From assembly GCF_964355755.1 (NCBI RefSeq), contig NC_092671.1:15128001-15192000 (forward strand): DNA of 64,000 nt. Direction: 5' to 3'. The position numbers and the translations under genes are program-made. Source of the stretch: Antedon mediterranea. Taxonomy: Eukaryota > Animalia > Echinodermata. Positions 39,901 through 49,200 of the stretch are shown here, piece after piece. Below the pieces are notes generated by a model that saw only the letters and a program-made list of their open reading frames with translations, made no database searches and was not told the origin of the DNA. The stretch's first letter is position 1. Every line of letters starts with the position of its first letter.

Positions 39901-42900
39901 CTAGTAAGAACATCCAAAGTAGCCTTATCAATGTTTGCTACTACAGTACTATATTGTACAGTAGTAATTAATTATATTTTATTTGTCAGTTCAAAATCCA
40001 TGTGCTGTTGATATTTGTCAATTCGGTGGAACCTGTCAAGTAACAACAACCGATAATGTATGCGGATTCCAGTGTCAATGTCCAACATGTTTATCAGGAA
40101 CTTTCTGTGAAGTCGGTAAGCATAGCTGTTATTTATAGAAAGTCTTATATCTAGTAATTAAATAAAATAAATTGGTGGTCTATGGTTTTTTTAAATTCTT
40201 CTACATTTCCTCTTTTATTACTGTAGTTGAAAATACTTGTGCTGTTGATACTTGTCAATCTGGTGGTACTTGTCTGGTAACAAAAACCAATGGACAATGT
40301 GGCTTCCAATGTCAATGTCCAACGTGCTATTTTGGAACATTCTGTGAAAATGGTATGTATGTCATAAAGTCTTCATTTTTCTAAAGAGAAAAGCTATAAT
40401 AAAACAACATAATATTTAAACGGTCGAGATGATCATATTTAATTTCTTTTATCTTAGTTCAAAATCTATGTGCAGATATTGTGTGTCAATTTGGTGGTAC
40501 TTGTCAAGTAACAACAACTGATGGACAATGTGACTTCCAAAAATAAATAATTTTTAATAGTTAAACAAATTTATATATATTTATTTTATAACAGTTCAAA
40601 ATCCATGTTCTGGTGTTGTGTGCCAGTCAGGTGGAACTTGTCAGGTGACGACAACCAATGGACAATGTGGATTCCAATGTCAGTGCCTTCCATGCTACAC
40701 TGGAGATGTCTGCCAGACTTGTAGGTTGTGTTATACATTATTTGATATTCGTTTTAGATCAAATGTTTATCAAATTTCACATCTTATAAACTCGAGTTAC
40801 CTGTATATTCAATATGAGCTGAAATATCAAATAGCACGCCTCTGTCGTTCTGCATTTTGCCAAGTGTTCCAGAGCGTTTAATTTATTTGTTTTATTTTCA
40901 GATAACGATCCCTGTAATGATGTGGATTGTAATGGTGGTATTTGTAACGTTATATCAACTACAACAGAATGCAAATACGAATGTGAATGCCTTCCAAACT
41001 TTACTGGCAACGATTGTGAAATAGGTAATTGCGAAATGTACCTTCTTAAGAATTGATTTCCTCAATTGTACACTTTTATTATATTTTCCTTACAAATATC
41101 TTCAGAATGTGCCCATAACTCATAATTCATGTATTATATAATACTCTGTTTTATTTTAGTTGTTGATCCATGCGAAGATATAATATGTCAAAATGAAGGT
41201 ACTTGTTGTGTTGATGATACAAATGCTGCGACTTGTAAATGTCTACAATGTTTTGAAGGAGCGTTTTGTGAATTATGTAAGTACAGAGACAAACACAAAT
41301 TAAGATTGAGAGTACTTAAATGTTTGTATTTTAGTTAATACGAATAATATAAAATGTTCCTACCTCTAGTGCACAGTAATCAAGAGAACAATAATAATAT
41401 AATAGTCTAAAACTGATGATTACAAACAACCGTTATCAAAATTATTGTCTTTTTTACTAGATAACAATCCTTGTGATAATTTTATCTGTCAAAATGGCGG
41501 CGTGTGTAGTATCACTACAGGAACCAATCAGTGTGTTCCAGAATGTACGTGTGCACCGTGTTACACTGGGGCATTGTGCGAAACAGGTAAACATAATAAT
41601 TAGGAGATTATTCAAAATTTGTGAAATTGTTTGATTTATATTAATTTAACATCTTAGAAACCGATGAAAATTCCTGTTCATTCATTGTGATCCGACTGGT
41701 TTGCAATATACATTCCTTTTTTCTAAAAAAAAATTCTGGAAAGAGTTAACTGATATCCCAGTTAAAATGGCAATTATTCAATAAATCTAGAAGGAAACCT
41801 AGCACAAATCATTTTATTCCAACGTCACTCCATCAATTAAAAATCTTGACATCTTGATGTGGTTATTTCATTCTCTTTTAATTTAGCTTCAGATCCATGT
41901 TCTGGCGTATTGTGCCAAGCTGGTGGAACTTGTACGACGAAAGTAATCGATGGACAATGTACATTCTGGTGCCAATGTCCAACGTGTTATTCTGGACCAT
42001 TCTGTGAAAATGGTAAAATAAACAATTCTATTATTTTACTCTTTATTCCATCAATATTGGAGTTACATGAAGATGATCTAAAGAATAGGAATACAAATTG
42101 GTAATGTAACTGTAAATATATGATTTGCCATAATGCTCTGTGGCCTCTGTATTATTCATAAACGTGGCAGAGTTGTTGAATTTACTAATATTTAAAAATA
42201 TTACACATTTTTTTTTTAAATGTAAGTTGCAAATCCATGCGCTCCAGACCAGTGTCAGTCTGGTGGTACGTGTCAAGTAACAACAGCTGATGATTATTGT
42301 GGATTTCAATGCCAATGCTTACCATGTTATTCTGGAACATTCTGTCAAAATTGTAAGTAAAACTTCTAAATTACCATTCACTTCACTCATCAACATAACC
42401 ACCAATATTAGGATATATATTGCAGGAAGTAGTTTGTATACCATATAATTATAAGGTGGACTATTCCTACTACTAATTACTATAATAATTTCAGATAATG
42501 ATCCATGTGAATACTGTGATTGTAAACATGGTGGCACCTGTAACACTGTCATAAATGTTGATAGCAATACTTGTGTTGCAGAATGTACATGTCAAGGTTG
42601 TTATTATGGAGAATTTTGTGAATTGTGTAAGTTAATTCAACATTGTTTGTTACATGCCACGAATCAAAGTAGAATTGTAGGAAGCATTTATTCAGAGTTA
42701 CTTAAATCTCTACAGTGATTGCCTGCCATCCAATATTGGACATAGGCAGTTAATTCAAATTGGCCAGCTTGGCTTTGCCTTTAAAAAAAAAAAAATCATT
42801 TGTTATTTATATTGATCCTGTATAATACTATATAGAATAATATACTATAATACTAATTACATAAACACTTTTTGTATAGATATAAACGATGCATGTAATG

Positions 42901-43744
42901 GTCACCAATGTTTAAATGGTGGTGAGTGCAAGGCAACATTGTGTAACCAGTACATTTGTAAATGTCAATCTTGTTACACTGGACCATTATGCGCAGAACG
43001 TAGGTTTCCATTTTTGTTACATTGTGTTTTGGGTGGTTCCTCTTTAATTATACTGGTTTCTGCAAAGTGATATATAAAGATCTTCTAACCATGAATACCT
43101 CATTAGGCCTATTGCTTTTATAAATGGAAAGATGATAGATCGATGAGAATGGAATGGTTCATTTGCCATAACCCCACTCTTCTCCTATCCTTCTAACCAT
43201 ACCTCAGATAGTACTGATGGAAAGATGATAGATCTGTGAGAATGGAATGGTTCATTTGCCATAACCCCACTCTTCTCCTATCCTTCTAACCATACCTCAG
43301 ATACTACTGATGGAAAGATAATAGATCGATGAGAATGGAATGGTTCATTTGCCATAACCCCACTCTTCGCCTATTCTTCTAATCATACCTCAGATACTAA
43401 TGCTTTTCTATGGAAAGATGATAGATCGATGAGAATGGAATGGTTCATTTCCACACTCTTCTTCTAATCTCATCTTAAAATATGTTTATTATTATTAGGT
43501 ATCGACCCGTGCAGCAATAACCCTTGTTTGAATGGTGGTGTTTGTTCTCCTATTTCATTCAACGTATGTGATGCGTATAGGTGTTCATGTCCACGTCACA
43601 CTACAGGTGACCGGTGTCAAAGTAAGTAAATATTTTCTTTTTTAATGGAGGGTGTTCAAATGGGAACGTACCCGTATAAAGATAAATTGAACAACTTATT
43701 TTATTTCTTTTTCAGCTATTACTGGCTACTATGGATACTACTAA
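21954..43744 (+). CDS. Gene C: secreted protein with signal peptide, 62 tandem EGF-like modules and Tyr-rich tail (~2596 aa if all exons are used)
   Basis: Signal exon 21954-22008 (MELQLLIVIVGTFSFSSA). EGF exons: 22452-22586, 22858-22971, 23457-23579, 23764-23880, 24477-24602, 25288-25407, 25739-25852, 26067-26189, 26474-26590, 26842-26955, 27090-27212, 27432-27566, 28360-28473, 28780-28905, 29081-29194, 29637-29762, 29858-29971, 30167-30292, 30397-30519, 30671-30796. Then 126-nt exons starting at 30912, 31124, 31356, 31583, 31810, 32068, 32326, 32558, 32786, 33014, 33278, 33536, 33768, 33996, 34224, 34487, 34866, 35098, 35387, at 36970 plus 11 more every 253 bp to 39753, and at 39990, 40227, 40595. 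Then 40902-41024, 41160-41276, 41461-41586, 41887-42012, 42227-42352, 42495-42626, 42880-42999, 43499-43621. Last exon 43716-43744 (TITGYYGYY*). First and last modules are clearly paralogous to those of gene B. Confidence 0.9.
27700..28230 (-). mobile_element. 5'-truncated, degenerate LINE (CR1/L2-group) 3' end in a gene C intron
   Basis: The minus strand translates (with frameshifts) to VYDIYKVNVIGFMANVKFNELPHHILNIF...HNLRT...YTHGPKLWKEF, which resembles the post-RT C-terminus of CR1/L2-group ORF2. It is followed by a 3' UTR stem-loop (~27779-27822) and an (AAAT)n-like tail at 27700-27720. Confidence 0.7.
30912..34612 (+). repeat. Gene C exon array 1 (VQNPCSGVxCQFGGTC type; 16 exons at 212-264 bp spacing, with a 1210-bp five-exon duplication)
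   Basis: The offsets 32068->33278, 32326->33536, 32558->33768, 32786->33996 and 33014->34224 are all 1210 bp. A few intron types are shuffled among the units. Confidence 0.93.
35618..36947 (-). mobile_element. Non-autonomous Helitron, copy 2 (1330 bp, intact termini)
   Basis: The minus strand reads 5'-TCTATATATAAA...CTAGATGGTACGC gagcgaagcga GCGTACCATCTAG-3'. It is inserted between A and T with no TSD. Sibling introns preserve the empty site aatatta|taattgg. Confidence 0.93.
36970..39878 (+). repeat. Gene C exon array 2: twelve 253-bp exon+intron units (VQNPCANAPCQSGGTCQVVTTxGQCDFQCQCPTCYSGRFCES)
   Basis: Exon starts run 36970, 37223, 37476 ... 39753 at exactly 253-bp spacing. Confidence 0.97.
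40458..40547 (+). pseudogene. 3'-truncated EGF exon (acceptor intact, donor lost, in-frame stop)
   Basis: cttag|TTCAAAATCTATGT... encodes VQNLCADIVCQFGGTCQVTTTDGQCDFQK* (TAA 40544-40546), which overlaps AATAAA at 40542-40547. Confidence 0.8.
43124..43455. repeat. 93-bp minisatellite, ~3.5 copies, penultimate intron of gene C
   Basis: atggaaagatgatagatc... starts at 43124, 43217, 43310 and 43410. Confidence 0.9.
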
Positions 43745-44139
43745 TGGATTTAACTGAAATACCTCAACATATTATTAAACGTGTGCTATTTATATGCAAT
43801 AATAATAATTAATTATATTAAAATACTATAAATTACAGATATAATTTCATGTAAAAACATACATGATTTAATGTAATTATATTATGTATCAAATAATATA
43901 TAATTTAAATCAGAAACCAGCTATGAATAATACACAATTTCATTTATATATTATTATATATTACTTTAAACATACTAGCGATATTAAATTAAAGTAAAAT
44001 TTTTAGGTAAAAACTAAATAATTTCGTTCATTGGTGTTCTAATGCAAGCTTTAGTTTATTCATTTACCTTATTTATATATATTATTTTATTAATTTCGAA
44101 AAAACACACAAATACAAACATACTGACAACAAGTGGAGA

Positions 44140-46044
44140 AGAGGTTAAAAATGGCCAAATTTCGACCTTTTTATATTTTGAAATAACTGGTTACTATATC
44201 ATGTGCAGAACACGTTATATGATTAATCAATTATGATATGTCAAAAAATAAAAGAGTCGACATAACTGGTTAGTATATCATAATTGACATGCGCAGAACA
44301 CGTTATATGTTTAATTAGGATATAGTTACCAGTTATGTCAAAAAATAAAACATTCGAAATTTGGCAATTTTTCGAAAAAATTCCTGTACAATAGTACAGA
44401 GATTTTTTTTTTTTAATGGCCAAATTCCGACCTTCTTATTTTTTTGACATAAATGGTTACTTATACATCTATAAGATACTTATACATCTATAAGATGCTT
44501 ATAGCGCAATATATGCACATATATAGCATTATTATTGCATAATAACAGTATTTAAAAAAGTGCATATTTTGGCCATTTTTTCAAAAAAATTTCCAAATTT
44601 CGACCATTTTAGTTTTTGACATAAATGGTTACTATGCTTCTCTATAAGATGATTACCCAATATATGCACATATATAGTAATATTATTGCATAATAACAGT
44701 AGTTTTAAAAGTGCGTATTTTGTCCATTTTTCGAAAAAAATTGACATATTTCAACCTTTTTATTTTTTATGTAAATGGTTACTATACGTCTAAGATGCCT
44801 ATAACAACGCAATATATGCACATATATAGCAATATTATTGCATAATAATAGTATTTTAAAAAGTCCGTATTTTTGCCATTTTTCGAAAAAAAATCTCAAA
44901 AATCACTTTTTTAGCTTTTTGGGCTATTTAGGAAATGATACACCTTGTGGTATATTCAGATATTCACAATTTTAACTAGAAATATGAAATTTAAAAATCA
45001 AAATACCACTCAATTACAAGTGTGTGTTACTATTGTCACCAAAGACTAACTCAACTACAAATGCCATGAAAGACTCACTCAAATGACATATTAACACCTA
45101 TTATGTCATAGGAAACCCATTCAAGTGCACAGCAATTGTGTTAATTGCACAGCAAGCTGTGAATATTCTCCCTCTTAAATTAATACTTAAAACTAAAGTA
45201 AAAATACAAGAAACATGAAAAACAATATTTTAAACTTATTTTTAGTTACAAATCTATGTACACACTAAATATATACAGAAACTGATTTTCGACCCTTTTT
45301 TTTTTTGACATAAATGGTATTTTAAAAAGTCCGTATTTTTGCCATTTTTCGAAAAAAAAATCTCAAAAATCACTTTTTTAGCTTTTTGGGCTATTTAGGG
45401 AATAATACACCTTATAAACACGCGAATAATTGGTTCTGCGCATGTCAATTGTGCTATAGTAACCACTTTTGACATAAATGGTTATTATAGTATAATAAAC
45501 ATGCGCAGAGGCGAATAATGGGTTCTGCGCATGTCAATTGTGCTATAGTAATCAGTTTTATCGAAAATAAAAAGGTCGAAAATGGCAATTTTTTTGAAAA
45601 AAATTCCTGTGCTATAGTACAGGGAAATTTTCGAAAAATGGCCGATTTTCGAGCCTTTCATATTTTGACATAAATGGTTACTATTGCAAAATAAACATGC
45701 TGTTTATTATACTATAGTAACCATTTATGTCAAAACTGGTTAACATAGCACAATTGACATGCACAGAACCCATTATTCGTCTCTGCGCATGTTTATTATG
45801 CAATAGTAACCATTTATGTCAAAAAATAAAAGGGTCAACATCGGCCATTTTTCAAAAAAATTGCTAATTTTCGACCTTTTTTATTTTTCAATAAAACTGG
45901 TTACTATAGCACAATTGACATGCGCAGAACCCATTATTCGTCTCTGCGCATGTTTATTATGCAATAGTAACCATTTATATCTAAAAATAAAAGGGTCGAA
46001 AATCGGCCACTTTTCGAAAATTTCCCTGTACTATAGTACAAGGA
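44140..46044. repeat. Older, diverged tandem/inverted repeat block (gacataaatggttact / catgcgcagaac motifs) with an orientation switch near 45700
   Basis: The units at 45420-45700 are reverse complements of the units at 45701-46044. 44851-44945 is duplicated at ~45317-45412. Palindromes such as cctgt(a/g)ctatagtacagg recur. Confidence 0.75.
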
Positions 46045-46200
46045 TTTTAAGTCGCGTGGACGCGACTCTATAGTTCACTATTTCGGTCGGTCGGCCTGTC
46101 GGTCTGTCGGTCTGGCTGTCAGTCGGTCGGTCTGTCTGTCGGTCCGGTATCACTATGCGATTTATCGCTTTCTGACCTTATCTTGATATCAGTTTAATCT
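46045..46200 (+). mobile_element. Left end of a Helentron-associated HINE / DINE-1-like element
   Basis: A T-run is followed by the palindrome AGTCGCGT-gg-ACGCGACT (46050-46067) and then a (GTCG/GTCT)n microsatellite at ~46083-46147. This is the usual layout of DINE-1/HINE left ends. Confidence 0.7.
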
Positions 46201-49200
46201 GTCAGCTGTGTGACTTAGGCAATTAAGAAGAGGAGACTCATGATTTTTTAATTCTTTCGCTTTTATTGCTACTTTCCTTTTCTAAAACCATCAGTGTTAA
46301 TTTTAATCTGAAGAGCTGATGCTATTAAATTGTGTTACTTAAAGGTAGCATTTTTTGTATATAGATGATATCGACAGCCTCATAACAAAAGTGTCTAAGT
46401 CATAATTTGTTTTTTGTTTTTCGATCTAACTCACTGCTTATATCAATATACTATATTTGTTGTGTTTCTGCCCAAGTCATCTGTGTGACTTAGGCAATTA
46501 AGGAGAGCTGACTTATGATCTGCCTAACTCACTGCTTATATCAATATACTATATTTTTTGTGTTTCTGCCTAAGTCAGCTGTGTGACTTAGGCAATTAAG
46601 GAGAGCTGACTTATGATCTGCCTAACTCACTGCTTATATCATTATACTACCCTCTGTACATTATCTGAGTGCTTTTATATACATTTGCACATGCTCAGAT
46701 CGTTTTTTTTGTGTTTCTGCCTAAGTCAGCTGTGTGACTTAGGCAATTAAGGAGAGGAGACTCATGATTTTTAAAATAAAATAAGAAATACATTTTTATA
46801 GTATATTTTTTAACCCATTTGTTACAAATTCTTTCTCTTTTATTGCTACTTTCCTTTTCTACAATCATCAGTGTTAATTTTAATCTGAAGAGCTGATGCT
46901 ATTAAATTTTGTTACTCAAAGGTAGCATTTTTTGTATATAGATGATATCGACAGCCTCATAACAAAAGTGTCTAAGTCATAATTTTTGTTTTGTTTTTCT
47001 GCCTAACTCACTGCTTATATCAATATACTATTTTTTTGTGTTTCTGCCTAAGTCAGCTATGTGACTTAGGCAATTAAGGAGAGCTGACTTATGATCTGCC
47101 TAACTCACTGCTTATATCAATATACTATATTTTTTGTGTTTCTGCCTAAGTCAGCTGTGTGACTTAGGCAATTAAGGAGAGCTGACGTATGATCTGCCTA
47201 ACTCACTGCTTATATCATTATACTGCCCTCTGTACATTATCTGAGTGCTTTTATATACATTTGCACATGCTCAGATTGTTTTTTTGTGTTTCTGCCTAAG
47301 TCAGCTGTGTGACTTAGGCAATTAAGGAGAGGAGACCCATGATTTTTTAAATAAAATAAGAAATACATTTTTATAGTATATTTTTTAACCCATTTGTTAC
47401 AAATTCTTTCTCTTTTATTGCTACTTTCCTTTTATAAAATCATCAGTGTTAATTTTAATCTGAAGAGCTGATGCTATTAAATTTTGTTACTTAAAGGTAG
47501 CATTTTTTGTATATAGATGATATCGACAGCCTCATAACAAAAGCGTCTAAGTCATTATTTGTTTTTTTCTGCCTAACTCACTGCTTATATCAATATACTA
47601 TATTTGTTGTGTTTCTGCCTAGGTCAGCTGTGTGACTTAGGCAATTAAGGAGAGCTGACTTATGATCTGCCTAACTCACTGCTTATATCATTATACTGCC
47701 CTCTGTACATTGTCTGAGTGCTTTTAAACATTTGCACATGCTCAGATTGTTTTTTGTGTTACTGCCTAAGTCAGCTGTGTGACTTAGGCAATTAAGGAGA
47801 GGAGACTCATAATTTTTAAAATAAAATAAGAAATGCATTTTTATAGTATATTTTTTAACCCATTTGTTACAAATTCTTTCGCTTTTATTGCTACTTTCCT
47901 TTTCTAAAGCCATCAGTGTTAATATTAATCTGAAGAGCTGATGCTATTAAATTGTGTTACTTAAAGATAGCATTTTTTGTATATAGATGATATCGACAGC
48001 CTCATAACAAAAGTGTCTAAGTCATAATTTGTTTTTTGTTTTTCTGTCTAACTCACTGCTTATATCAATATACTATATTTGTTGTGTTTCTGCCCAAGTC
48101 AGCTGTGTGACTTAGGCAATTAAGGAGAGCTGACTTATGATCTGCCTAACTCACTGCTTATATAAATATACTATATTTTTTGTGTTTTTGCCCAAGTCAG
48201 CTGTGTGACTTAGGCAATTAAGGAGAGCTGACTTATGATCTGCCTAACTCACTGCTTATATCATTATACTGCCCTCTGTAAATTATCTGAGTGCTTTTAT
48301 ATACATTTGCACATGCTCAGATCGTTTTTTTGTGTTTCTGCCTAAGTCAGCTGTGTGACTTAGGCAATTAAGGAAAGGAGACTCATGATTTTTTAAATAA
48401 AATAAGAAATACATTTTTATAGTATATTTTTTAACCCATTTGTTACAAATTCTTTCTCTTTTATTGCTACTTTCCTTTTCTAAAATCATCAGTGTTAATT
48501 TTAATCTGAAGAGCTGATGCTATTAAATTTTGTTACTCAAAGGTTGCATTTTTTGTATATAGATGATATCGACAGCCTCATAACAAAAGTGTCTAAGTCA
48601 TAATTTTGTTTTTGTTTTTCTGCCTAACTCACTGCTTATATCAATATACTATATTTGTTGTGTTTCTGCCCAAGTCAGCTGTGTGACTTAGGCAATTAAG
48701 GAGAGCTGACTTATGATCTGCCTAACTCACTGCTTATATCAATATACTATATTTGTTGTGTTTCTGCCCAAGTCATCTGTGTGACTTAGGCAATTAAGGA
48801 GAGCTGACTTATGATCTGCCTAACTCACTGCTTATATCAATATACTATTTTTTTGTGTTTCTGCCTAAGTCAGCTATGTGACTTAGGCAATTAAGGAGAG
48901 CTGACTTATGATCTGCCTAACTCACTGCTTATATCAATATACTATATTTTGTGTGTTTCTGCCTAAGTCAGCTGTGTGACTTAGGCAATTAAGGAGAGCT
49001 GACGTATGATCTGCCTAACTCACTGCTTATATCATTATACTGCCCTCTGTACATTATCTGAGTGCTTTTATATACATTTGCACATGCTCAGATTGTTTTT
49101 TTGTGTTTCTGCCTAAGTCAGCTGTGTGACTTAGGCAATTAAGGAGAGGAGACCCATGATTTTTTAAATAAAATAAGAAATACATTTTTATAGTATATTT

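Noticed and set aside
30167-40720. Dscam-like mutually exclusive exon cluster
   Set aside because: The exons are symmetric and frame-preserving when joined in series, and most are near-identical. I saw no docking/selector elements. Serial inclusion is the simpler reading, though only RNA data can exclude the alternative.
2829-42567. ORF-track peptides such as MIILVVMIVIHVK... and minus-strand ORFs over the arrays
   Set aside because: They are shifted-frame or antisense readings of EGF exons. The Cys-rich plus-strand entries are single exons with intron read-through.
9505-43744. Naming the genes Notch, fibropellin, Crumbs or tenascin
   Set aside because: No LNR, ankyrin or TM region, no CUB or avidin domain, and no LamG or FN3 domain was seen. 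Similarity is limited to generic EGF repeats, so no symbol is assigned.
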